Shown piece by piece: positions 44,301 to 56,186 of a DNA stretch of 64,000 bases. The notes beneath the pieces were generated by a model. The model had not been told where the DNA came from. It made no database searches and saw nothing but the letters and a program-made list of their open reading frames with translations. The translations under genes were made by a program, and so were the position numbers. Position 1 is the first letter of the stretch. Each line of letters starts with the position of its first letter. Origin of the DNA: Azolla caroliniana (taxonomy: Eukaryota; Plantae; Polypodiophyta). The stretch lies in NCBI GenBank assembly GCA_043228905.1, contig JBHGNT010000030.1:124001-188000 (forward strand). Reading direction: 5' to 3'.

Positions 44301-47199
44301 GTTATGTAACGGAGAGGTCGATAACAAGGAATACTTTATGTGCAAGGGTCCAACTCATAAGCACATCTAAGAGAAGTAACAACACTATTTTGGAAGACAT
44401 GACTTCACAATACTTGCTTGAGCTTCTAATATTAGCACATGGGGATGCAAAGACAATCGCACATCACTAACTTCTTCCATAATTACACATATCCCCCAAA
44501 AGCATCCATAACAATCACCATTGACTGAGTAGAGGAATGTCAACACAGAACAAGACCATGATTATTAGAATACACTGCATATGGGCCATACCAGCTCCTG
44601 ATCATGGAGATCATTGCTGATCCATTTTAAAGAGATGTATTATTTTGAAGATTTTCCATAAATGACGATATATCATGTACTCAATGCAATGCAAAAGCAC
44701 ATTCAAAACTTGAAACAACATTTGAAACTCCATTGCAGCAGACTGAGGTGAGTTTAGATTTTATGGTTTAATTTCAATCTCAGGGTATAGATTGCGTAGA
44801 TGCTGACCTCTATTTTTCTAAGGGTAATAAAGATCTACTAGAAAATGTCAAAGATATTATCCCCAACCAACATCATGCTAAAGCACCTGTAGGTGAAATG
44901 CTTCCTGAAACACCAATTATAAAATAAAAAATCCAGTTTAATTTTTGTGTTGCAGTTTCTACTTCTGCTGCTTCTTCAGCTCTTCCTTCAATTCCTACTT
45001 GTGCTATTGTAGACCATAGTAGTTAGGAAACATGTTTTTCCTACCCAAGGAGATGTTTGAACACAAGATGTGGGTTTCCTATATAACATTTCTGTATTGC
45101 CATTCCTACATATTTGCTATGTGTCTCTTCCTCTTTCCCACACCGACATTGGTGTATTGCATGACTATTATGATTCAATCAATACTCATGAATAATGAAT
45201 GGTCTTCTTGAATTGTGGCAATTTTCTATCCAATGGGCCAACTGCGGGCTTCTTTTATAAAAGCAAGAATGGCCCAATGTTTCCAATTTTGTTGTGTGTT
45301 TTCACCACTTTTTCTTCCCTATGCTGCGTTCAGCATTTATTTGATCTCGGATGATCACTGATCCAAGCTTGCGAACAAAGATATTTTCATGAACCCTGTT
45401 AGTTGAGTACTTTGCGTGTATTTGTTTTATGGCAGTTATCATAGACAAATATACATACATGTAAACAATTAACTTAAGGCATGCTCATGTATACATGATT
45501 CCATACGTTATGTGTATGTGTGGCATGTGCATATCTTATAGATAAATTGACATGTACTTGTGAGACAATAAGTATATATGTCTACCTATGGGTATCTATA
45601 CACATACATACATAAATATGTCTGCATTTACCGCAGACCTATAGAAATCTTATCATATAATATGTGCTTAATATGAGCAAGGATTATTGAGGTATTTCAA
45701 ATTAACTTTCACCAGTCATTCCCATATGGGCAAAGGTAAACATGAAAAGTACCTGTAAAAGAAACTCTTGTCGCCAATTGTCTAAACTGTCAAAAGACTT
45801 ATTCACATTAACATCATATACAAGCACACAACAATCTGCGCCCCGATAGAAAGCAACTCCCAAGCTCTGAAACCTCTCTTGCCCAGCAGTGTCCCATATC
45901 TGAATAATCAAACATTTCATATAATAGAGAAAACTACCTGATCTAGTACAAAGGATTAAAAAAAAAGAATAGAATCAATCACACCAAAAACAGTAAATAT
46001 AAGTCAACCTGCATAGTGACCAATCTATCTTCTACTTGCACTTCCTTTGTGAGAAAATCAGCACCAATGGTTGCCTTGTATTGGTTACTGAACTTCTTAT
46101 TGACATATCTGTGTGCATATGAATTAAACAAAAACCAACAGTTCTTGCAAATTTCCATCTATAAAAGGATAACTGTTGAAAAGAACAAAGAAAAACAGGT
46201 CACTATAGCTTGAGGATACTGATTCATCAATGATGTTTTGCCAACACTGCAGAAAAGAAAGTGCCATGAGTTAAGAACACAATGTATATACCAAAACTTC
46301 CTGATCCAAAATATTAATACTAGGAAAATACAAAAAGCATAGACATCGAGAAGAAAAGCTCAATTTTGATGCTTCTTAGATTTGAGCAGTTTTTTCTTCT
46401 CACCGAATTTTAACAGGAACAATTTTGATTTTTAACATGAACAAATCTTAGATTTTGCCAAATTGTGTTCTTGACAATTTAACATAAAAAACAACACTAT
46501 AACATGAACAAACGGATTTCATGTTGAAATTCCTTAGATATCATCAAACATGTTACAGAAATTCCATGTGTAACATAAAAACCAGAATGCCAGGAAGAAA
46601 ATCTAGTAATTTAAACTTCAACATATAGATTCAACTCAGACATGCAGCAAAAACTCCTTATTTGGATGTGAATCTTCTTAAAGCTACTACACTTTAAACG
46701 AAAATGTGCTAGAGAAACACCCAATTCAAACTGAGCACCTGGGTTGTTTATCAAGAGGGAACGGATTCCTGTTTGACATGATCTTTAGATTTCCCAAAAA
46801 TGTTCGGCAGAAAATCCAGATTTAACAAGAAACAAAAATGGAATTCAACATGCATGAATGAATCTTGAGACAACATGCCGTTAAAGAAATTGATAGAATT
46901 ATAAACAAACCTGAGATTCTTGGGACCAAAATGTTCTATAGATACCCACAGGTAACACAGTAACAGATGCATGAGAATCCAACATGAAAAGAATGGGATT
47001 TCAACACAGATCTCATAGTAAATACAGACGGTGGAGTCTTTTTCGAGTCTTCTGGGGAGATCGAAGACATAAGGGGGAAAAAAAACAAGCAGAGATGGAG
47101 GAAGAAAGGAAAGAAAGACGGAGTAGGAAGGGAGGAAAGAAATTACCCGCTGTCTCCGAGAATGATGACCTTGAGGAGGGTTCTCTTGCGAGTGGCCAT
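41319..47199 (-). CDS. RAB7: Rab7/RabG3 small GTPase, 7 exons
   Basis: Exons 47147-47199, 46220-46246, 46009-46108, 45753-45899, ~42261-42344, ~42035-42180, 41319-~41386. Motifs [51 protein letters not shown]; C-terminal CEC prenylation motif. Confidence 0.96.
41703..41990. mobile_element. Degenerate foldback/MITE-like element abutting a G20 run in the last Rab7 intron
   Basis: GGGAGAACACCAAAGT vs the reverse complement of ACTTTGGCATTCCTCCC; inner AAATGCCCT/AGGGCATTT. No TSD seen. Confidence 0.5.
42803..44160 (-). mobile_element. 5'-truncated RTE/RTE-X-like LINE with (ATCT)n tail in Rab7 intron 4
   Basis: [10 protein letters not shown] motif at ~44100-44130; ORF 43399-43926; C-terminal C..C..EDEYH..C; microsatellite tail at 42803-42820. 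Confidence 0.85.
44171..44400 (+). mobile_element. Second LINE 3' fragment in the opposite orientation
   Basis: [33 protein letters not shown] resembles the RTE-X-type C-terminal zinc-finger region. Confidence 0.6.
46109..46219 (-). other. Rab7 intron 2 with a U12-type 5' splice site
   Basis: Donor GTATCCTC versus U12 consensus RTATCCTT; phase-2 GT-AG intron of 111 bp. Confidence 0.65.
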
Positions 47200-47255
47200 G
47201 GCGAGGCGTGGAGGCAGAGAGGGCAACAGAGGATCTGCACAACGCAGAAGACAGA

Positions 47256-47301
<46 letters not shown>

Positions 47302-49959
47302 CAGACAGAGGCAGAGGAGCGTATACGTATATTTACAGACATACCCCTGGGATTTATTGTAATTACAAAAATACCCTCCTCTATTCTCCTTCTATTGACT
47401 AAATCACAACAAAGAAGGAATAGCCCTCCCTACCTTTTGCTTTAATGGTGAGCAATACCCCCCCTCCCTGCCTTTGCTCATTAATCTGTTGGCTCCAAAA
47501 CTTCTCTCCACTGCGTGCCATCAACTGCGTGTAAACCTCAACGAGACCGCAATTAAGCAAGTAAGTGTTAAACCACTCGAGAGCCAACCCTCAGAGCGTG
47601 GAGCCGCCCCTAGTGAACTAACTACATTGCCCTCACAAGCCAACCCGAAGCACAATCACAGAAGTAGCTTCCTCTCACTTCCCCGACTCTTACTTAATAT
47701 TCAACCTTCGCTCACTCTCGTAGGAAGTATAATCTATTAGAGCATGGCCTTGATGTTGGTTTGGTGCAAACTCCTTATGGTTTAACCACTCTTACCATCG
47801 TAGCAAATTATTGTAATATTAGACGTCGTTCGAAAAGCAACGAATAGACAGACCATCAGAATTATCATGACACCCACATTTGGTCTACAACCACAATGAA
47901 CGTCACAATTTCTAACTCCCGATTGTTTGAACATTTAGGATTATAGTGATCCGAGTGTGACTTGACGAGAGAATATGAGAGGGAATATTACCCCCGCTAT
48001 TGTTGATGATGTTTCTCACTCACCCACCCTCACTCTTATCTTTCTTCATTGTATCCTAGAAACTAACACATTCAATTTGCCATGATCACATAGCATTGCA
48101 CTTCAATTTCCCCAAAAGGGGCCAACATGACTCATACAGAGCATTCCACTTCCAAGGGTTACTACCAAATCTTGAAGTGCCACCTTCCTCGTGCTGGGCT
48201 AACCAAGAGATTTGTGGCATCTTAGAACTTTTGCTTGTCTTCATTCCCATCTCTTTTTGTGCTCTACTAGTTTTTGGACTCATATGGGGTAGTTCTCACA
48301 ATCTTTCTTGTAAACTCTATACAAATGTGAAATCTATTAGGACAACAACTAACCTCCCCTTGATATGTGTAGTTGGGACAACAACTCACAAGTAGACTTT
48401 ATGTCACTTATGAGAGGCATTAAGCAACCTCATTGATCTGTTATGCATTAGGTAAGTTGATAAAAGTCTAATGCATGTCCACCAGTGTGCAAATCTTTGC
48501 AAAGAAGCCATATCAAGTCCCCGATTTAAAAGAGGGTGAAAGTTTGTGATGTCGGCCTACAACTTTTGATAATCCAAATTTCAAAGTTTAGCTTGAATTT
48601 ACTACAATTTTTCAAGACAAAATTCTCCATGTTGATTGAATGATTGCCCCATTTTAAGCAAGAAAGACTATTGAGAATGTGTTGACATGTTGCCGTTGAC
48701 CTTAATTGGAAGTGTAGGATGATGGAGCATGAGAGGCTCATAGTTGGATTTCCCATTCTTGGATTTAGAAAAAGTAGCTAAGATATGACCTGCCATAGCC
48801 TAAATTTGGAAGTTGTTTGATGTCGTGGACAAAACAAACCAACTTCTATCTGAACTAAGATCAAATATAGAGGAAGCACAATTCCACTACTACTAGTAGA
48901 ATACACTTATTAGTGCTCCCAAGGAACCATACAATTTTTCCATTGCTACTAGCACATCTAGCACATCAATCACCATCTCTTACTCATAGTGTACTTGTAC
49001 GACAATATTTTCATTTTTGGGTTTGTTTTGACAAAGATATTGTCCACCATGTGTCCTAGGTGTTGGATGTGTGTTAAACTACTTGTACAAGAACAACAAT
49101 GTAAAATAGTAAAACAATAGTGTAAATAAGGATAAAGGAAAACAAAAAGACAAATATGGAGTTAGTAGAACTAGTTGCCCTAGAAGGACAATCAAGTGTT
49201 CAACTACAAAACAACTATTTAAGTGTCAGCTTGTTGTCTATGAACTCAACCATCATTAGGGCCTAACTGTTTGGCCTATGTGCCGAGCACAGTCATGGAG
49301 CAATTTCCCCTTGTCGTATCCTTACTTTACCTTCACTCACTTTGGGACAATGTATAATTGGTGAGACCATGGTTGTATATTTGACTAAAGCTAACTCCCC
49401 ATGATTGACATGGTCTATAACATCCCATTGTAACACTTTGAAGGCACATAATAGTGTTAATACACAATTATATCAAGATGTATTGTATATGGTATGTAAA
49501 ATTAAAGTCGTCATAAACCCCAAGGATCACATGAAGTTAGGAGATCCCAATAGCATCTCGTCAAATCTCAATTTTCAAAATCTATACAATGTACTAGCCA
49601 TGTTAGTTGTAATACCAATAGAGCATTAATGTTAGACATTTTTATTAATATTCATTGTACACAACATTTTTATTAATATTCATTTTACCTTGTGTACCAT
49701 CCTCTTTAAGTTAATGACGGTGATTAAGTTCTATATGACTACATATAGTCGACATAGAAAATGAATATTCGCCAAAAGGATGTCATAATATACATAGAAA
49801 GCTTGACAAGAGCACAATCTCTCAACAAAGATAAATATACTATAATAAAAAATACACAAAGATATAACTTACATAGAGAGCTACACGAAGACCACACACT
49901 CTCTCTCTCAACAAAGATACAAGAAACAAATACACAAGATCTTTTCAAAGAGATCCTTT

Positions 49960-52900
49960 TTATCTTTTCAAGATAGACAAGACCGTAGAGAGAAGGCCTC
50001 GAAGAGCACCGGTGACACTTTGACGAGAGAGCTCTCTACCCGCTTCTTCATTCGTCTTTTTTTCCACAACATTAGCTTTTTGGGCCGTCTTCTCATCTTC
50101 GACTAGTGGTTCAACCTTATTAACCGTTTTAGTTGAGGTGGTACTCTCATTCTCCTTTTCAACCGCATTAACTACCACCTTAACGGTTTCAATTGACTCG
50201 GTGATGGTAGTTGAATTCTCATCTTTAGCTATTGTCTCAACTACATTAACTGACTCAACCGTTTTCTCTTCAACCACATTAACTACCGGCTCAATTGTGT
50301 CAACCAATTCGGCGGTGATGGCGACACTCTCTTCTTCAACCACTTCAACTTGTGTGTTAACTACATTAACTGATGTCTCATTGTCATCTTCAACTACTTC
50401 CTCAGTTGTAGCAATGGATTCAATCTTGACATCATCCACCACATTAACTGTTGACTCGATTACATTAAGCGGCTCAATGATGCGCTCTTCTTCTTCAGGC
50501 TTCTTTTCCTCTTCTTTTGTTTCTTCTTCTTCTAGATTCTTATTAGCTATGATGGGTTTTTCTTCTTCTTCTTCTTTTTCTTCTTTTTCTTCTTCCTTTT
50601 CATTAATGACACTAGTGATCTCTTCCTTGATCTTCTCTTCTTCCAGCTTCCTTACATCTTTCTTGCTTTCATTGCTTGACCCTTTCTGTTGGATTGAGGC
50701 TTGTTTGGCACCTGTGGAGATGTGGTGAAAACTCTTGCCATATAAGAACAATAGAAACACACCAAAAAAAGCATTATCCACTCCCTAACACTAAAAACAC
50801 ATTTCATCCAATGAATAAATGTTACATGTAAATTTCTAAAACAATTTAGATATTCCCAATTCTTATATAGCTCAAAAACACAGTATTTTTATTAAGTGGA
50901 TCACAAAAACTAGATCAAATTCATTTCCTTACAAGCCAAACAATGCAATCTCTCCATCAATCCAGAACATATTGAAAGTTTCTCACATTTTTATATAGAC
51001 AATGACAATTTAATTGAATCACTAGATTTTCCATACAAAATATGTAGACCAAAAATCTTGGTTTATTCCTATGAACCCCATTTTGGGGTCTCTATAATGA
51101 GATCCTAACTCAGACCTAAGAAAAACACCAGCTTCTCATCTAAATTCCTGAGCATTACAGAGATAACTATCTCAATATGTGTTGGTTGATATATCCACAT
51201 CCCTAGTTTATTACTTGCTAAGTAAATAGAGGATTGGTTTTATTTGTATACACATGATCATTTAAGTCTAGAGTATTTCTTAGACTCTCTCTTTGTCTTC
51301 TCCAAAAACTCCTAAAGTTGTTACATAGTACAGGCCTCAATATCATCACTCCCATCACTCCCTCGTAGTGGGGTACCAAGTTCAAGTTCTCAACGACCAG
51401 ATTATGAAGAGATACCATCACAAGGCACCGTTACCTGACATTATCAATAGAGATGAACACATGGTCAGAAGTACAATACAAATATCCGCACGCAAATGTG
51501 GGCCTGTCTATAGCTATGCATATGCCATTGCATCAAATGGCAAAACTCTCAACTCTAAACCCAAGCCAGATTGCGGCAACTCCACACTATGGGAATAGCA
51601 TGGATAAAGATAATATGAGATGAGATGTGTACATTTTTCTAAACCCCTCAATTCTTAAATTATAAGTGCTTTTATTCCCATTCGTAATTCTCAACTCTAG
51701 ACACAAGCCACATTTACAAACCCTTGAATCCTAATACTATAAGGTTTTGTGCCCATAGAGAATCTCTATTGATCATTATCCACATATTTATAAAAGATAT
51801 CTTGGGGATGTTTGGAAACACCTAGAGAATGACACCAAAATACCCTACGAGTTTCCAAAATGCCCTTTTCCTGTACAATTTTTTTCTATTACATATGGAT
51901 ATTTTAGTAGTGCTCATGGTACTTACGCGCTCAAATAAAAATACAAGCATATTCTCACAAGAAAATAAATGCATCAGCTTGACTAATATAAAGTTTCAAA
52001 AAACAAAGTAATACCTAAACTATATTGGCATATTTACCATAGAAGGTGCCTTGTTTTATGGAATCATCATTAGCATCTCCAAGAGCGGCCTCTTTGAGAT
52101 ATTTATCGGCTAATTTCACCCTCTTCACATTGTCTTGCTCTTGCACCAGCATTTGACCATATTCGAGCAACTTCTCCAGAGTCATGTTTGGTTTCTTGAA
52201 AGTTGGGGGACCAGTCTTTGAGTTGACAAGGAGCTTCCCCATGCCCTCCACACCAACTTCTATTACCCACTTTCGAACTTCATCATCATATACTCGAGCT
52301 CTTATAGCACCGAAGAAATCTAGGAAAACAAGTAAAAGCAAACAAATATAATTGTTTTCTATTTATGTGTAACCAATCTATTGTCTATCTATACCACATT
52401 TCTAACAACATTTTTAATTGCTCCTTTTCATCATATGCTATTTAATGTGGGTTTGTTTGTGTGGAATATGGCTTCCAACAAACTTGACATACCAATGGAT
52501 TGCCCAGGGAAAGCATCGACGAGCTTTGCTATCTCCTTCTCATTGATATCATCGACTCGGAAGATACCTGAGCAGACACCGATCCTATCCTCCCTAGTGG
52601 GTGCCCAGTAAAACTTCTCCATGCGCCCATCACGAATCAGAGGCGCATACAACGTCGAGAAATCATTTCCGGTGACAATGATGGGCACCCGGGGAATCTC
52701 CTCTTTGTTATACACACCAGGAAGTTGAACATTGGTCGGATTATCCGCAATGTTCATGAGGGTGGCATTAACCATTTGGTTGTTCACAGTGTATTGCGTC
52801 GTGCCGCCCATCCGGCCTGCTCCCGCATCGAGATCGTTAATAAAGAGACAACACATCTTCCCTTTCTTTCTGATGATGTCTGCAGCTTCCCGGTAGCGTT

Positions 52901-54563
52901 GTCTGATGAGCTTGGCTGGCTCACCAGCATTCCCGCTCTCCAGCTCGCCCGCGCTCATTGTGATAGGGCTGTTTCAACAGCACGGTGACAACAAAAATTG
53001 GCATTGGATGTTTTTCATTAGGAAAAAACTTCACATGAAGTCCTATGACCATTTTCCACACTACGATTCACAGATTCTGGATTTAACCGATCGATGTATT
53101 TGCTATATGTGGTTTGTTTTTTATATGTTTTGAATGTGTCATAAGAACGTGGGGAAGGAAGTGCATCACATGCAGTGCTTTCATGTAGGTTTCTTATGCT
53201 TTCTAGTGTTAAATAAGAAGCAATTGGAGAAATTTGCAGAACAAAATATTTTTACTCACTTGATTCCAAGCTTCGAAAAGACGAGCTCACACTGATAGGA
53301 CTTTCCTTGTCCTTTCCCACCCCAGATACCAAGAATCAAAGGAACCTGAGCTATAACCATACATTCACACAACAAAACAAATCAATCATTTTTTGTTGAC
53401 ACTAGGACATATAAAAAATCATCATTGAGAAGGAATCTGTTTGAGGTATAACCATACATCCACACAACAAAACAAATGAATCATTTTTTGTTGACACTAG
53501 GATATATAAAAAAATCATCATTGTGAAGGAATCCGTGATCCTCGGGCACTAATTTAGAAATATACCTTGATGTTTGGCAAGGTCATGAAGTTCTTGGCAA
53601 TGTGCACGACCAGTTTGTCCATGAAGGCAGGTGCAATGTAGTAGCCATCCTTCATGTTGTCCATGTTCAAGCTATCAAACAAACATAGAGACAATTTTAA
53701 ATGTCACATGATAAGGAGCTGCATATGTACCTCAGAACTTAGCAGCACTAGAGAAAGCCATAGAAACTTATGCCTTAAGTAACATGATAGGCCTCACCAT
53801 GTTTCATTTATTGGTAACTTATGCCTTAAGTAACAGATTATAAAGAGGGGATTTATAGGAATCCCAATATTGACATGCTATGCACAACAAACATGATATA
53901 AAAACAAGAATGTTTACTCACAATCTTTGTCCCTGGCTAATGTAGTCATAGGAGCTCATGACAGCATGTTGGGTGCCCATACCAACAGCACCCTGGAAGA
54001 CGGAATCCACCATCCCTTTCCCTCTGGTGATGTCTTGTTGGTCGTCGGATATGTCATAAGCAAGGCCTCCCCATCGGTCTTTCGTGGTTTGCTTTGCCTC
54101 ATCATCCGATGTTGTTGCACGGACAACAAGATTACGACCCGGCACCAATACTCGACCATTATAACACTTATTACTACTGGTATGGCTTATACTGGGGGTT
54201 GCATTGCCAGCCACGCCTGTTTTCTTCAATGGCGTCGATGAACCAGAGCTGCCAAATAAGGATGATGATGGCGATGACAATGGAGCATGCTACAAAAACC
54301 AATATATATAATTACATACATGTCATCATTGAGTTAAATTAAATCAGAATCATAATGATGAGAATATACACATATATCTAGTGATTATTAAATACCTTAC
54401 AAAACTGACATGATTGAATGTAGTGATTGGTTATCCATACCTTAGAGATTAGGTTTAAAAGATTACATGACTTAATGTAATGTATTTGATGAATTATATG
54501 CATAAATAATACCTGCAATGATCCAGCCATAGCAGCAGATGAAGAAGAAACAGGGGAAGCCAT
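49960..54563 (-). CDS. RCA: Rubisco activase, chloroplast precursor; long form has a 249-aa acidic C-terminal extension
   Basis: Exons 54513-54563, 53922-54289, 53566-53671, 53260-53345, 52493-52968, 52038-52319 and terminal 49960-50711. Ser-rich transit peptide, [22 protein letters not shown], Walker A GGKGQGKS, Walker [21 protein letters not shown], ..GTFYG. The core gene is certain; joining of the last exon is inferred from splice sites and phase. Confidence 0.9.
53352..53537. repeat. ~95-bp tandem duplication in RCA intron 3
   Basis: TATAACCATACAT..CACACAACAAAACAAAT..GACACTAGGA..AAGGAATC occurs twice. Confidence 0.9.
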
Positions 54564-54933
54564 GGAACCTTTCTGCCTCTGCCTCTGCCTCTCTTCCTTC
54601 CCTCTTTTTTTTACTTCTTTATACAAATTAGAGACTATTTTTCTGTGTGTTTATCTATGGTTGAGAGGCTGTCTCTCCCCTTGTTTTGATTCCTCTTTTT
54701 GTTTATTTTCTTTTCATTTTAACTTCCTCTTGAAATTTAAATTTAATTTATGTGTGGCTGAGAAAGAGTTTCTTTTTTGCATGTTTTCTACTTTATTTTA
54801 GTTTTGCTAGTTTCTTTATTTAATCTAAGTTTTTCTACTATTATTATCTATTTAAATGTAATCCTAGACCCTGTGTTTTCCCATCATGATATTTTTATTA
54901 AGCAAATTGTTGTCTTTTTTATATTTTTGCCCC

Positions 54934-54967
54934 ATTATCTTGTAGATAAGGTTACCCTTAGCCACAC
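54934..54967. promoter_or_regulatory. Candidate light-responsive elements upstream of RCA (inverted GATA/I-box pair, GCCAC)
   Basis: ATTATCT-TGT-AGATAAG, with I-box GATAAG at 54945-54950, followed by GCCAC; ~380 bp upstream of the ATG. Confidence 0.4.
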
Positions 54968-55769
54968 ATATGATGTGCTCATTCACTCATGTTTTCTCGA
55001 TGTTATTACTCGCTTGCGACATCCCTCATGAGCAACATTAGGAGAAATGACAGAATAATGGAATCCTATCAAATTTCATCAGTTACGCCATGATCTGTCA
55101 CAATCGATCGAACGCCCTCTTGTCCTTAGAAAGAAAGACAAATGTATACATTACCTTGCAACCAATTTAAATCACCATAAGTGTGTAAAAAGCGGTCACT
55201 AGCTTATTATACATTGTAATAAGATACTTTTACACCATATATACAAATAAAATGATTGCATACTTCACTCCATAAGTTGAGCTTATTCATATTCTTATCC
55301 ATGAAAATGATGTAGTTCTAAAGCTTATACTCTTTTTAAAGCTTTCATGTTGTGAATTCATGGGTCTTTGGCAAAATGGTGTTTGGTATAAAAGTTGTTC
55401 GTATTTTAGTTTAAGGTTGTTGATTCATATCTTGATATGCAAAAGAGCATATATTGTAAAAGTCGATCTTCCTTTTAGCGTGGGAGCAAGTAGACATGTG
55501 TACATTGTAAAGTCGCTCTTATTTTTAGTTCGAGATCATGCAAACTGATAGTTTTAGTTCAACATCACTTACCACAACCCAAAGGGGTTCCAATTCACAT
55601 TCTAGAAAGTATTCTTCGAGGGATTAAAGTCTGCATTTCTTGTTTTCACTCTCTTAATTGGAGGCCATAATGACATGGTCAAGTGCAATGAGTTCAATGA
55701 TGAGGAATAGGATGTGAAATGGTCGACCATATTTCGAAAAAGAAAAACAAAGAAATATCATATGATGGA

Positions 55770-56186
55770 TTTAGCCGTGCATGTTAATTTATATCAGGGG
55801 AGCTAGGTATGTGACACGTGCTACAATGATAGGATTTCTTGAGAGCCAAAAGGCAAGCTGGTTCGATTACATGTAGATAAAGTTGTTTGTGTGATTGGTT
55901 GGTCATTTGTTGCACATTAGCTTAACTCTCCCTACGTGTTTGCCTAGTTTGGGTCCACACAAAAACCTAAACTGGCAACCCTACTTTAGCCCTGCATGTT
56001 AATTTATATCAGGGGAGCTAGGTATGTGACACGTACTACAATGATAGGATTTCTTGAGAGCCAAAAGGCAAATTGGTTGGATTACATGTAGATAAAGTTG
56101 GTCACTTGTTGCACATTAGCTCAACTCTCCCTATGTGTTTGCCTAGTTTGGGTCCACACAAAACCCTAAACTGGCAACCCTACTTA
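55770..56186. repeat. ~200-bp tandem duplication upstream of RCA
   Basis: TTTAGCC..TGCATGTTAATTTATATCAGGGGAGCTAGG...CTGGCAACCCTACT occurs twice. Confidence 0.92.

Noticed and set aside
49960-50781. Stand-alone 273-aa gene with a hydrophobic N-terminus
   Set aside because: The start is non-ATG (GTG), and the N-terminal 23 aa translate a T-rich acceptor region; better explained as the RCA terminal exon. The antisense S/T-rich ORF 50138-50728 is its shadow.
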